A stretch of DNA of 64,000 bases from a virus (taxonomy: Duplodnaviria; Caudoviricetes). The notes below the pieces were generated by a model that worked only from the letters and a program-made list of their open reading frames with translations, was not told the DNA's origin and did no database searches. The stretch lies in the IMG/VR virus record IMGVR_UViG_3300042275_000327, positions 1-64,000 of that record. One strand, written 5' to 3'. Positions 27,294-37,921 of the stretch are shown one piece after another (positions within the stretch are counted from its first letter, which is position 1; each line of letters begins with the position of its first letter). A program made the translations under genes and the position numbers.

Positions 27294-28277
27294 TTGGCAA
27301 AGAAAAATGGACCTTCTAAAGAAAGAACAATAGACATTTCAAACTCATATGCAAGATATGGAACACAAGCAACTCTGTCTACATTTGGAATTCAAGAAGA
27401 GACTATGAAGAGATATCTTCGAGAATTTAGAAAGATTCAGGGAAAAGAAGAATATGAGAACATCATTCTTGCAGGAAGAATGAGAGATAAATATTCAAAG
27501 AAAGAGATTGATGCTATTATAAATGACAAAGCTACAGGACTGAATGAGATCAATGTGGAAACAGTAAAACTGAAAGGAAGTAATTCTATCAAGTTTGCAG
27601 TTCTATCTGATCTCCATCTAGGCTCTAAGTTTACCTCAGACTCTTTTATGAAGAAAGCTATAGAATATATAAACAATTTAGATCTAGACTTTGTGGCACT
27701 TCCTGGAGATGTTACAGAAGGCATGAGCAATAGAGATGGACATGTATATGAACTGACTCATATAGGATATCAAGCTCAGAAGAATTATGCAGTCTCTCTT
27801 CTGAGTGAGATCAGACATCAGATGTTTGCAATCTCTGGAAATCATGATGGCTGGTTCTTCAAGAGCATAGGAGCTAGAATTGTGCAAGATATTTGTGACT
27901 CTATTCCAAATGCAACTTATTTAGGAGATGACTTTGCGACTCTGAGAGTTCCTAATGGACCTGATATTGGACTGTGGCACGGATTTGATGGGGCTGCTTA
28001 TGCCAAAAGTTATCGATTACAAAAAATTATTGAATCCATTGATGTTGAATGCAGACCACAACTACTTCTTGCAGGACACGATCATAAGTATGTTTCTCTA
28101 TTCTCTGGTGGAGTTTATGGACTTGGATGTGGATCCATGCAGTCTCAGTCTAACTGGATGAAAGGAAAGAGACTAGAAGCAAATGTAGGATTCATATTAG
28201 GTGAGCTCAATTTTGAAGGAAAGAGAATCATTGGATTTACCCATACATTCATGAGACCTATGTTTTTAGAAAAATAA
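27294..28277 (+). CDS. Calcineurin-like metallophosphoesterase
   Basis: SDLHLGS, PGDVTEG, SGNHD, LWHG, AGHDH; TTG start after AAGGAG. Confidence 0.88.
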   Translation: MAKKNGPSKERTIDISNSYARYGTQATLSTFGIQEETMKRYLREFRKIQGKEEYENIILAGRMRDKYSKKEIDAIINDKATGLNEINVETVKLKGSNSIKFAVLSDLHLGSKFTSDSFMKKAIEYINNLDLDFVALPGDVTEGMSNRDGHVYELTHIGYQAQKNYAVSLLSEIRHQMFAISGNHDGWFFKSIGARIVQDICDSIPNATYLGDDFATLRVPNGPDIGLWHGFDGAAYAKSYRLQKIIESIDVECRPQLLLAGHDHKYVSLFSGGVYGLGCGSMQSQSNWMKGKRLEANVGFILGELNFEGKRIIGFTHTFMRPMFLEK

Positions 28278-28295
28278 AAAATTTTTAAAAAAGTA

Positions 28296-28324
28296 TTTAC
28301 ATAAGATGAAAGATAGTATATAGT
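28296..28324 (+). promoter_or_regulatory. Sigma70-like early promoter (class I)
   Basis: TTTACA-N17-TATAGT. Confidence 0.7.
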
Positions 28325-28359
28325 ATTAATGTAAGGTTAGATTAAAAGGAGATCCAAAG

Positions 28360-29613
28360 ATGGAAAAAAAGTTCAACATAGTTCAAGAAAGACTAGCAGG
28401 ACATTTCTCAGTTCTTACCTATAAGGGATTCCAACCAAGAGGAAATGGAGTTGCTTCACTAGAATTCAGTGAAGAGATTGCTGGAAGTCTGGCAAGAACT
28501 TTCACAGTAGAGAGTGGAAGAAAATGCTGGATTGAAGAAGTTCAGTATTTCACAGTTTCCAGAGTTGTCACTTGGGGACCAGAACCCATAGAGACTTTAA
28601 ACTCAAAAGGAGATTTTGAGGTTCTTACAGACAAGACAAATGCTATGAAATTTACTGTTCAAGAAGCAGAAGCTTTGGTCAAAGTAGGAATGGAAAATAG
28701 CAAACCAAATATATATGAATATTATTATTCAGCGATATTGTAATAAGGAGATTTAAAAGATGAAAAACGGAGCTAAAATCTGGGAAAGGAAGAATGAAGG
28801 ATACTATGTGGCAAGAATGATTTATGGTATAACTATGTGTATTAGAAAGCTCAGTAAAAATGAGTGGGAATATGATGTGAGTACTGATGAATACACTTAT
28901 TATAATGGGACTTGTGGCTCCCTTCCTCAAGCAAAAGTTGAAGCATATGAACGATATCAGCAACTGCTTGAAAACCACAAGAGTGAATTGATTCAGAATA
29001 GAGGATGTTAGTAATTATATACTTGGAGATGTTGTTCCAATCTATAGATTGAGATAATCCAAAAAGGAAGTACAAAAATGAAACTAAGCTGGGTCAAGCA
29101 AAAAGGGAAAGGAAGAACTTATCAATCCAACCCAGAAGAGAATATCAAGATTGTTGTCAAAGAATTGAGTTGGTCATACTCAGTATGGTACATTTATAAG
29201 AATGATGCTGTTATTGAAAGAGGACAGTCTTCTCATCTAGAATGGGCAATAGAAGAAGCAGAAACAGCTTATAATAAAAAAGGAGAAAATGTATGAATGC
29301 AGTAATGAGTCAACAAACAAAGTTTATGAATGAGTCAGGAATAGATATTGATGAATATGATCAAGATGAATTTGTTCAGTATCTTGCAGAAAAAGCAGAA
29401 GATCTAGAGAACAAGTTGTCTCAGAAAGATCTGAAAGAAAAGTGTGATCACTGTCTTTCTCACAAAATTCCAGATCTTAGATTTGTGAAGAGGATGAGAC
29501 AAGTAATCTCTTCAACTACTGCAACAGAAATTCTAGTGTTACAGCAGAAAGAAGAATGTGATCTCTGTGGAGAAGAGTTCTGGAAAGATGTTCCTATTAA
29601 AGAAGAAAAATAA
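28360..29613 (+). other. Four small early genes (28360..28743, 28760..29011, 29078..29296, 29293..29613)
   Basis: Each has an AAGGA(G) RBS; 28760 and 29078 look paralogous; 29293 ends in CDLCG...WKDVP. Confidence 0.6.
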
Positions 29614-29621
29614 AAAATCTA

Positions 29622-29650
29622 TTTACTTTTTCTTCATTATATTTTATAAT
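29622..29650 (+). promoter_or_regulatory. Sigma70-like early promoter (class I)
   Basis: TTTACT-N17-TATAAT. Confidence 0.75.
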
Positions 29651-29682
29651 GAAATTAAGTTAAAAAAGATAAGGAGACAAAA

Positions 29683-30780
29683 ATGTCAAAACCAAAAATC
29701 GAACAGTATTCAGAAGCTAGCTCAGAGTTTGCAAATCTTGCAGGGGACATTATCAAAAATCTGAAGGATATCTGGGAATCAGAGACTGGAAAATGGATTC
29801 CAATTGTTTATCTTCAAAGAGGTCCAAACAGAGAATTTGTAACTTTTTCTCCAAAGCTGAGAGACAGTGACAACGAGGAAGTCCTCGGATATTGTGAATA
29901 TCTTGGAGGAGCGTATCAAATCATTCTTTCTGAAGATCTTCTTTCAGAATCTGTTTCATATGAGACATTCAAAGAAGTTGTTTCTCATGAGTTTGCTCAC
30001 TTCATTGATGGAATTGTATATCAACATTTTGGTCATGACAAAACTTTCAAAGAAATCTGTAAGGTTCTTGGTATTGAGAATGATCAAGCTTTCATGAAGC
30101 ATTCTCTTTCAGAAGTATCAAAAACTTCTAATGTGCTAGAAAAAGTGAAGAAACTTCTTGCTCTTTCAGAGAGTCCAAATATGAATGAAGCACAAGCAGC
30201 ACTTCTGAAAGCAAAACAACTTATGAGAGAATATGGAATTTCTGATCGTCAGAATTCACAAGAAAAGATCTACCGAGTAGCTCTCACAGATTATAAGAAT
30301 TATACAACTGAGATTTCTGTTATTCTTCAGATCATCAGGAGGATGTCAAATTGTTGGCTGCTTCTTTCAGATAATAAAGCTTATGCTCATGGAACTTATT
30401 CAGAATGTGAGATTGCTTCTTATCTTTTTGACTATCTGAAAATTGAGTTGAATAAACTCTATCAGACAGCAAAGAGAGAAGGAAGACTTTCTTATGGAGC
30501 AAAGAAATCTTTCTACCTTGGAGCAGAAAGAGAAATCTTGAAGAGATTTGATATTCAGGATGCTGAAAAAGGATCAAAAGATATTATCAACTATGAATTT
30601 GAAAATGAAGATTCTGCAAAGAAGTTCATCTATCCTTCTCTAAACCTCAGTAAGAAAAAGCTTTCAGGACAAGTCAGCGACTATCAAGCATATTATTATG
30701 GAACAAGAGCTGGTCAGAATCTTAGAATCCGGAATGGAGTAACTTCTAGTTCTTCAAACGAGACGCTGTATCTAAACTAA
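29683..30780 (+). CDS. SprT-like zinc metalloprotease fused to a DUF2786-like domain
   Basis: HEFAH...HFGHDKTFK (HExxH); KVKKLLALSESPNMNEAQAALLKAKQLM. Confidence 0.8.
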   Translation: MSKPKIEQYSEASSEFANLAGDIIKNLKDIWESETGKWIPIVYLQRGPNREFVTFSPKLRDSDNEEVLGYCEYLGGAYQIILSEDLLSESVSYETFKEVVSHEFAHFIDGIVYQHFGHDKTFKEICKVLGIENDQAFMKHSLSEVSKTSNVLEKVKKLLALSESPNMNEAQAALLKAKQLMREYGISDRQNSQEKIYRVALTDYKNYTTEISVILQIIRRMSNCWLLLSDNKAYAHGTYSECEIASYLFDYLKIELNKLYQTAKREGRLSYGAKKSFYLGAEREILKRFDIQDAEKGSKDIINYEFENEDSAKKFIYPSLNLSKKKLSGQVSDYQAYYYGTRAGQNLRIRNGVTSSSSNETLYLN

Positions 30781-30796
30781 AAAGGAGAAATTAAAA

Positions 30797-31051
30797 ATGA
30801 AATATATTATTGTTAGTGATGGAATTTTAGAACAGGCTATTGTTTTTTCTGAAGGAATTTCTCACAGAGATGCTTACAAATATCATGGACAAATCAGGTC
30901 TGCTGGTTTCTGTCATGCTACTGTACATACTGATGATCAATGGGGAGATATAACTCTAAGATGGAATTGTTATGGAATGAGTATGTCATTAGATATGATA
31001 TCTCGTGGAGTAGAGGATTCTAAAATTTTAAATAGACAAATTACACTTTAA
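30797..31051 (+). CDS. Conserved phage protein
   Basis: IVF...H...SAGF...CYG.S.SL...SR..DS motif. Confidence 0.65.
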   Translation: MKYIIVSDGILEQAIVFSEGISHRDAYKYHGQIRSAGFCHATVHTDDQWGDITLRWNCYGMSMSLDMISRGVEDSKILNRQITL

Positions 31052-31064
31052 GGAGAAATTAAAA

Positions 31065-31295
31065 ATGATTAAAGACAAAAACAAAATGCCAGAAACAAGA
31101 CCAGTAATTGATCTGAGTGGACCTCAGGGAAATGCCTTCTATCTTCTTGGGATAGCAAAGAAATATGCTATTCAAATTGGAAAGACTTCCCAAGAAATTG
31201 AGAGTCTGATGAAAGAGATGAAGTCTAGTGACTATGAGAATCTAGTGGAAGTTTTTGATAGAAACTTTGGAGACTATGTTGATATCTATCACTAG
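31065..31295 (+). CDS. Conserved phage protein
   Basis: IDLSGPQGNAFYLLG...MKSSDYENLVEVF. Confidence 0.7.
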   Translation: MIKDKNKMPETRPVIDLSGPQGNAFYLLGIAKKYAIQIGKTSQEIESLMKEMKSSDYENLVEVFDRNFGDYVDIYH

Positions 31296-31924
31296 AAGAT
31301 AGCATTATAAGAAAAGAAATATAGATCTTTATCTTCAATAGAATCATATTTTAAACAGGAAAAGGAATTCATATACTGTATGTGTTCCTTTTCTTTTATT
31401 TGCTGGAGCTCTTCTGATGAATCTTTTGGATTCAAACAATTAACTATATAGTAGTTCTCTAAGAATTCACTGGAGAAGCTCTGTGAATCATCTGGAAGTA
31501 GTTGGAATAAAGTTGAGTCAGTAGTATCTGTATATAATTCTAAATAAGCAGAAAATGGCTGAAGTCTTTCTAGAACCTTTCCACTTTTGCAGATCTTGTC
31601 TGATTTAGAAAGACCTAGATTATTGTCTAGGGAATTCCAAAATTTTTCTGTTATCGTCTTATAAGAAACAAAATGGATTCTGATAGAAAATTTATATTCC
31701 AGAGAATGAAGACAGATAATGTCTAGATCTTCATTGTAGTCTACAGAATCAAAGTCAATAGGAGAATAAGTGTCATAATAATAGACTCTTCTCTTTCCAT
31801 AGTATGATCCATTAGAGAAAAATACATTTCCATTCTTTACTCCCAGACCAAAAGGCTGAGTAAGATTTGTCTGTGGAAATATGAGAGCTGTCTTCTTATT
31901 TTTCTTTAAAAAATCATTTGTCAC
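31292..31924 (-). CDS. Hypothetical protein
   Basis: 210-aa ORF, last gene of the minus arm. Confidence 0.6.
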   Translation of the reverse strand: MTNDFLKKNKKTALIFPQTNLTQPFGLGVKNGNVFFSNGSYYGKRRVYYYDTYSPIDFDSVDYNEDLDIICLHSLEYKFSIRIHFVSYKTITEKFWNSLDNNLGLSKSDKICKSGKVLERLQPFSAYLELYTDTTDSTLFQLLPDDSQSFSSEFLENYYIVNCLNPKDSSEELQQIKEKEHIQYMNSFSCLKYDSIEDKDLYFFSYNAIF

Positions 31925-32364
31925 ACAAAGATTCCTACAGTAGAGGTAATAAGAAGTGCTAATATGGAAACAATTAGAGCTTTTTTAGAGATAGATAGAT
32001 TTTCATTGTGCATTTCTTGCTTCTTCCTTTCTTCTTCTCTTTGTTCTGCTTCAGCTTCAAGTCTATCATCTAGATCAGTGATCTTCTTACAAATCTTTTC
32101 TTCCAGATCTCTTAATTCTCTTTTTGTTGCAAAGATAAGATCATATCTAGCTTCTTGTGCTTTTATATCGGATATTGCCTTCAAATACTGATTCAAAGAA
32201 TTTTTTATCTCATTTATATCTTGTGATAGTCCCAATATCTGACTCCTCATTCCATTTTGTCCATCAATCCCAATCAGAGTCACTTTCAGTGCTTGAATCT
32301 CTCTACTTAAATTAGCAATTTCCTTTGACTTTTGCTTTTGATCTTCTCTAAATTCTGATTCCAT
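31921..32364 (-). CDS. Coiled-coil protein with C-terminal TM (possibly lysis-related)
   Basis: Heptad-rich, GIDGQNGM, C-terminal hydrophobic helix. Confidence 0.55.
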   Translation of the reverse strand: MESEFREDQKQKSKEIANLSREIQALKVTLIGIDGQNGMRSQILGLSQDINEIKNSLNQYLKAISDIKAQEARYDLIFATKRELRDLEEKICKKITDLDDRLEAEAEQREEERKKQEMHNENLSISKKALIVSILALLITSTVGIFV

Positions 32365-32373
32365 TCAACTTCT

Positions 32374-32628
32374 CTACTTCTTATTCTTCTCTTCTGCATG
32401 AGCCTGAATTCCTTTTGCGATATCCCCAATTGCCATTATTCCACCAGAGGCAGTTATCATTGAAATAGCAAGAGGAATAGCTTCCCATCTCTGATAGGCA
32501 AATATCAAAAAGGAAAGCACAATTGATGATATGATTCCTAATGCTCCAAAGACAATTCCTATCATAAACCCTATTCTAAGAGCACTTGTTACATTTGGTT
32601 CATATTCATACCATTTGGTCTTTTCCAT
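32374..32628 (-). CDS. Putative holin (2 TM)
   Basis: 84 aa, two TM helices, charged C-terminus. Confidence 0.45.
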   Translation of the reverse strand: MEKTKWYEYEPNVTSALRIGFMIGIVFGALGIISSIVLSFLIFAYQRWEAIPLAISMITASGGIMAIGDIAKGIQAHAEEKNKK

Positions 32629-32645
32629 AATAATATAGTTCCTTT

Positions 32646-33881
32646 TTAATAGAAGAAGGATACACAGCCTGGACCACCGCTTCCACCTCTAGCAGCTTCT
32701 CCAAGTTGTCCCCAGCCACCACCACCACCTCCACCAAAGAAACCAGACCAACCAGAATTACCTTGGTTTGGAGATCCTGCACCACCTTTTCCTCTAGAAT
32801 AACCACCACCCCCACCAGCATACTCTGTATCAGTTCTAGCTGGTCCTGGTTGACATCCCTCTATGTAGCCAACTAGTCTTTCTCCTTCAATATATACTGA
32901 AGTATCAAATGATAATGTTGGAGCTGTGTGTTTGCTTTCTGAGCCCTGTCCTCCCTGAAAGCTAAAAATTGAATTTGCTATCGTTGCACTATCAAGTGAA
33001 TATGGGTCTGTTGGATCATCATAACCACTGCCTCCTCTTCCTTTTGGAGCAGTGACCATTATACTACCATTAGGATAATAGACATATGAGTTAGTCCCAT
33101 CACTTCCTTTATTATTAGGTCTATTTTCCCATCCTGTCCAATCTCCATATGATCCACCATTATGAATTGAAAAACAATAGTCAGTAGAAGTACTTCTTAC
33201 AGAATAGTTAGATCTATATGGTCCTATAGGAATTCTAACAAGACAGTGCCCAGCTCCTGATCCACCTGAACCACCATAGCTATATCTACTAGAGACCCAT
33301 GCTATTGTTGTGTAGACACCTCCAGCTCCACCACCTCCTCCACCAGTTATCTCAGCATAAATATATTTTGGAATTCCACAATAAGACAAGGGAACTCCAA
33401 AATAATAATCTTGATTTCTAGTTCCAGAATTGGTAATAGATGTTGGAGCAAACGCATCTAGATATTGATTGCTCATAGGATCATTTATATTGATTCTCTC
33501 TATTAGTGAATAATTTGAATCTCTACTATAAGATTGGAAAATATAAAGATCTGTATCTGTTCTTGATAGATAATAAAATTTTCTTTGGGAAGATCCCACA
33601 TATGTTCTACTAAAGTTCAAATAATATCTTCCAAATCTTGGTCTACAGCCTTTAGCTAATAGAGGAGGAATAGAACCAAGATCAGAATTGAGATAAGAAT
33701 TAATATTGACTCCTGTTCCAGGAAAGCTTCCTTGAGATGGTATATTAGATACTGGAAAGTCTTTTCCTGTATTTTTGAATCCATAAGAAGCTAAAGGAGC
33801 AACAGGATCTGTAGCTGGATCTCTTGAATATTCTACTAGATCTGCTAAGTCCTGTCCATTAATCTCGTAACCAGTCTTCAT
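32646..33881 (-). CDS. Glycine-rich tail fibre/adhesin protein
   Basis: GGGGGGAGG tracts and ending GGSGGPGCVSFFY; follows a fibre gene. Confidence 0.7.
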   Translation of the reverse strand: MKTGYEINGQDLADLVEYSRDPATDPVAPLASYGFKNTGKDFPVSNIPSQGSFPGTGVNINSYLNSDLGSIPPLLAKGCRPRFGRYYLNFSRTYVGSSQRKFYYLSRTDTDLYIFQSYSRDSNYSLIERININDPMSNQYLDAFAPTSITNSGTRNQDYYFGVPLSYCGIPKYIYAEITGGGGGGAGGVYTTIAWVSSRYSYGGSGGSGAGHCLVRIPIGPYRSNYSVRSTSTDYCFSIHNGGSYGDWTGWENRPNNKGSDGTNSYVYYPNGSIMVTAPKGRGGSGYDDPTDPYSLDSATIANSIFSFQGGQGSESKHTAPTLSFDTSVYIEGERLVGYIEGCQPGPARTDTEYAGGGGGYSRGKGGAGSPNQGNSGWSGFFGGGGGGGWGQLGEAARGGSGGPGCVSFFY

Positions 33882-35980
33882 TATATTCTCTCCGATTCTA
33901 ATTTCTCTATCTTAGCTGTCAGTTCTTGAACTGCTTTGAGAAGAACACCACAGACATCTGAAAGAGCCATTGTGTTGCTGTCTTTTCCGGTCATAATTTC
34001 AGGTGTATCTTCAGCAATAAATCCTATATGCATATAAGAATCAGGGTCATCTATATAAGAGTATCTAACAATTTTTGTATTCTTTACAATTTCCAGAGCA
34101 TTCTCTTCAGCTTCAGAGATATTCTCTTTCACTTTTCTAGAAGAAGAAGCATTAAAAGAAGGAGCAGTCACTTCTGAAGTGAATGTTTTTGCTCCTCCTA
34201 TAGACTCTGTCCCAGATCTGTGAACTAGATTGCTAGAAGATCCATCGATAAAAGATTTGTTGACTGCAGAAGAACTTGATGCAGGAGTGGTTGGAACACT
34301 AGGAGAATTACTGAAAGTCTTAGTTCCAGAAAGAGACTCATCTCCTGTTCTGTGGAGAACATTACTAGAAGATCCATCCAGATAGGCTTTGTTAATAGCA
34401 GATCCATTTCCTGCTGGTGTAAGAGGAACACTTGGAGAAACACTGAAGGTTTTTGTTCCAGAAATAGTTTCAGTTCCATCCTTATGGACAACACTATTAG
34501 CAGTATCATCTAAATAAGACTTGTTGATCGCTGAGGATGCTCCAGCAGGAGTAGTTGGAATACTAGGAGAAGCACTGAAAGTTTTTGTTCCCTCAATAGT
34601 CTGATTTCCTGTAAGTTTCACTCCTGTACTGTCATAGAATTTCTTAGAAACTACTTCAGAATCTAGAGTAGGATCTGTCACAGGAACTTTTGGAAGAGAA
34701 CTAAAAGTCTTCACATCTGCTATTGTCTGATCCCCAGTAAGTTTTACTCCTGTATCATCATAGAACTTCTTGGATACTACTTCAGAATCCAAAGTTGGGT
34801 TTGTAATTGGAACTCTAGGAAGAGAACCAAATGTCTTTACTCCAGAAACAGACTGGTCTGTTGTGAGCTTGATAGTATTGTCATCATAAAATTTCTTAGC
34901 TACAGCATGAGAAGGATCTGTTGGAGTCAGAGGAGTTCCACCTGAAGACGAAAGCTTAGGAAGAATATTAAAAGTCTTTTCCCCTGTAACAGTCTGTGAT
35001 CCTGCCTTATAGACGACATCTTCTTCTAGAGAAGTTGCTCTGTTTTCAATAGCAACAGCCTTTTCCCAGAGTTCTCTGATAGCCATGTCTAGAGTAATCA
35101 GTCCATCAGCATTTTTAGCAAAAACCTCAGAAGTTCCAGCATCTTTTACAAGAATAGTGGAAGACTTGATTTCTCCTCTTTCTGCTGATCTACAGCTATA
35201 GATATCATCTCCTTTGATATCTGTTCTTCCTGCTCCTCTCTTTATGATAGCAAGAACTTTTCTTCCATAAAAAGGCTTTGTTGTAGGACTGGCAGATTCA
35301 ACACCTTCTTGAACTCTGAGTATTCCAGAATTATCTAAATATAGATAATCCCATCTTCCAAAAGAAGAAGTATCTGATATTATAGGAGAATATTGTCCTA
35401 CAAGTTCTACAAGGCCAGAGTCTGTAAGAACCTTTCCACCTTCTACATAAACTTTTTTCTCATTTCCTGTTCCTACAGGAGTTCTTACAACAAGGAGAGG
35501 AAGTAAATGGTCTGACTGAGGATTAGCAAAAGCTCTGTCTGCTCTTGTATAGTCAAAAGAGTTTGTTGAAGCAATTGTTGTTCCATCAAAGACAATTTTT
35601 CCAAGAATGAGATCTTTTTCATGTCTCTCTGTTATAGCTTCTCCAAGAGACTCTGTAACTTGAATGAACTCCATATAGTTTTCAGAATCTTCTGCCCAAA
35701 CATATCTAACAACAATAAGAGGTCTGTCTATATCTTCTGCAATACTTATGACAACAGGATCTAATGTTCTGATTCTCACAGCAATATCAGAATTTACTGT
35801 AGCATCTTCTATAATTACAGAGAGTGGATCAATAGAAATAGATGTTCCTGTCACTCTATTGAAGACTCCTCCCTCATAAATTCCTGGAGGAAGTGTCTTA
35901 GAGAATATTCTATTGAACTGAGCTGATTCAAGAGGTTGTCTGTAATGAAAAACTCTTTGTTGTCTACCAATGTCTGCCAT
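33881..35980 (-). CDS. Tail fibre with internal repeats and C-terminal peptidase S74-type chaperone
   Basis: Seven G.(Q/E)(T/S)..G.KTF...P repeats; SSRKVKENI...HIGFIAED.PE...LLKAVQEL. Confidence 0.85.
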   Translation of the reverse strand: MADIGRQQRVFHYRQPLESAQFNRIFSKTLPPGIYEGGVFNRVTGTSISIDPLSVIIEDATVNSDIAVRIRTLDPVVISIAEDIDRPLIVVRYVWAEDSENYMEFIQVTESLGEAITERHEKDLILGKIVFDGTTIASTNSFDYTRADRAFANPQSDHLLPLLVVRTPVGTGNEKKVYVEGGKVLTDSGLVELVGQYSPIISDTSSFGRWDYLYLDNSGILRVQEGVESASPTTKPFYGRKVLAIIKRGAGRTDIKGDDIYSCRSAERGEIKSSTILVKDAGTSEVFAKNADGLITLDMAIRELWEKAVAIENRATSLEEDVVYKAGSQTVTGEKTFNILPKLSSSGGTPLTPTDPSHAVAKKFYDDNTIKLTTDQSVSGVKTFGSLPRVPITNPTLDSEVVSKKFYDDTGVKLTGDQTIADVKTFSSLPKVPVTDPTLDSEVVSKKFYDSTGVKLTGNQTIEGTKTFSASPSIPTTPAGASSAINKSYLDDTANSVVHKDGTETISGTKTFSVSPSVPLTPAGNGSAINKAYLDGSSSNVLHRTGDESLSGTKTFSNSPSVPTTPASSSSAVNKSFIDGSSSNLVHRSGTESIGGAKTFTSEVTAPSFNASSSRKVKENISEAEENALEIVKNTKIVRYSYIDDPDSYMHIGFIAEDTPEIMTGKDSNTMALSDVCGVLLKAVQELTAKIEKLESERI
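34165..35020 (-). repeat. Intragenic tandem repeats of about 42-48 codons (7 copies)
   Basis: e.g. VKLTGDQTIADVKTFSSLPKVP / VKLTGNQTIEGTKTFSASPSIP. Confidence 0.8.
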
Positions 35981-36015
35981 CTTTTTAATTCCTTCTATTT
36001 ATAAAAATAGTTCTT

Positions 36016-37914
36016 TTATCTTTCAAAAATTACTCCTAGATTCAGATGATAATAGTTATACGCAAATTCTATTGCAGGAAATGTCATATAGCATAGCAGC
36101 TGATCTACTGTAGGATTTAGAGCAGTTCTTACAAAGAGCCCTGCTTCTGTTATCTGCACTGGATTTTCTGTATAGACTTCATGTAAATATAATTTATGTC
36201 CTGCTCCAAAAGAGGTGGAATAGTTATATCTATAAATCTCTATAGAGTCCACTTGTTCTATTGATTCAGTGAATATAATTGAGACAGTTGGAGTGACATC
36301 ATATGCAATTGTTCCTGATACAAATTTATCGTAGTCAGACACAAGATTTCCAGCTCCATCGTCAGTGACATAGTGAATCTCTTCTCCATCTCCTGGAATA
36401 GGAATCTTAATGACTAGATTGTAGGAGCCAGGAATGATCTCTTCTAAGAAAGAAGCTGTATAAGTATCTCCTGTATTAGAGACAGTCTCTCTATATTCTT
36501 TTTCAAATGATGTCTCAAAACTGATCTTTCCAGTAGTATAGTCAACTGTTCCAGTACAATAATCACTTTCTAGAACTCCATATCCATTATCTGTTATTTT
36601 CATCATTGTGCTGAAAGGATCAGGATTAGAAAAATCTACAAAAGCCATCTTGAGAGTATTTGGTTTGAGAGGAGCAGCAGAAGCTAGTAGAGGAAGATCA
36701 GTATATCCAAACCCTAGTACAAGATCACTGAATATGATTCCTCCTACAGACTGTCCAATATACTCTCCAATTGCTCCCATATAGGAAGCTGACTCATATC
36801 TTTCTTCAGGATAGGGTTGTTTCCATTGAATAGGATAGCTGAGCTCTGTAGGATATGTTGGAGTGACATCACTGTATTCTGGTATTTCTTGAGTTCCTAT
36901 TCCAAATTGTATATAGGAAATTTGATTATATGAAACAATTCCTTCAGCTAGAACATTTGGATTCATCACAGCTTTAGCATTCAATTCTCCAAGACTAGAA
37001 GTCAAGAAGTTAGAAAAACCTGTTTTGTCAATAAAGAAAGTTAATTGAATTCCAATATGAGGAACTTCTGATGCTTTCTTATTATAATAAAATCCAGAAA
37101 ATAGATAAGCTGCAGAGTCTGCTGTATAAAGGTAGGAATTAAGAGTTCCAGTAGAATCATATCTGAAAAAAGTCTGATCTGCAATCATTTCAAATGAGAT
37201 ATGCTTTGTAGGATTTTTCAATTCTACTAAAGAAGCATCTAAAACAAGATTATCATCTAGAAGATATTCTTCCTCAGAATCAAGAGTAAACTCTTCTTTT
37301 GTTCTTCCGATGAAATCTCCTGTTACATCTTGTCTGTAGAAAGAAGAATATGGTCTATCAAATCCAAGTAGATAAGAAGAATCCTCCAATGTTGAATCTT
37401 CGTCATCAATAAAGTTGTAAGTCTCAAAGGAATCTTCTAGTCCTGTTAAAATATTTGGAACAAGATCTCTGATAATGACTTTATTTCCTGTAAAAATATC
37501 AGAATTTGTTGTTGTCTGGTAGACAGAAATTCTATTTGTAAAAGACAAATTCAGAAAGTTGAAAAAAGACTTATATACCTGATAGAGAGCTTTGTTCTTT
37601 ACTTGGAATGGAATCTTCAATAGTTCTTGTCTCAAGAACTCAGTCACTTGTTCTGTAGAAAGACCGTATGCTGTAGTAAGGAGATTTTCTATCACAGACA
37701 GGAAGTTATAATCTAATTCATAAACAAGATCTCCTAGCTCTTTCAATCTCTCCAAGTCAGTTACAGAAGTGGAGAACAGAGTTTTCTTCTTGTCTATTTC
37801 TGTTCTCATAGTCAGAATTTCTTCCTCGACTGTATCCATAAGAGCAACCCAGAAATCATTTCTGAGTGAAGCAGGTATTTTCTTCTGTAGTGATAGACTT
37901 GTTACTTCTGACAT
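36016..37914 (-). CDS. Baseplate/tail structural protein (wedge-like)
   Basis: Follows the gp6-like gene; TDNGYG/TDDGAG..GTVDY repeats; ITEAGLF. Confidence 0.6.
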   Translation of the reverse strand: MSEVTSLSLQKKIPASLRNDFWVALMDTVEEEILTMRTEIDKKKTLFSTSVTDLERLKELGDLVYELDYNFLSVIENLLTTAYGLSTEQVTEFLRQELLKIPFQVKNKALYQVYKSFFNFLNLSFTNRISVYQTTTNSDIFTGNKVIIRDLVPNILTGLEDSFETYNFIDDEDSTLEDSSYLLGFDRPYSSFYRQDVTGDFIGRTKEEFTLDSEEEYLLDDNLVLDASLVELKNPTKHISFEMIADQTFFRYDSTGTLNSYLYTADSAAYLFSGFYYNKKASEVPHIGIQLTFFIDKTGFSNFLTSSLGELNAKAVMNPNVLAEGIVSYNQISYIQFGIGTQEIPEYSDVTPTYPTELSYPIQWKQPYPEERYESASYMGAIGEYIGQSVGGIIFSDLVLGFGYTDLPLLASAAPLKPNTLKMAFVDFSNPDPFSTMMKITDNGYGVLESDYCTGTVDYTTGKISFETSFEKEYRETVSNTGDTYTASFLEEIIPGSYNLVIKIPIPGDGEEIHYVTDDGAGNLVSDYDKFVSGTIAYDVTPTVSIIFTESIEQVDSIEIYRYNYSTSFGAGHKLYLHEVYTENPVQITEAGLFVRTALNPTVDQLLCYMTFPAIEFAYNYYHLNLGVIFER

Positions 37915-37921
37915 AGGCTTC

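Noticed and set aside
34165-35020. Fibre repeats as a DGR TR/VR pair or CRISPR array
   Set aside because: They are in-frame protein repeats with differences not restricted to adenines and no spacers.
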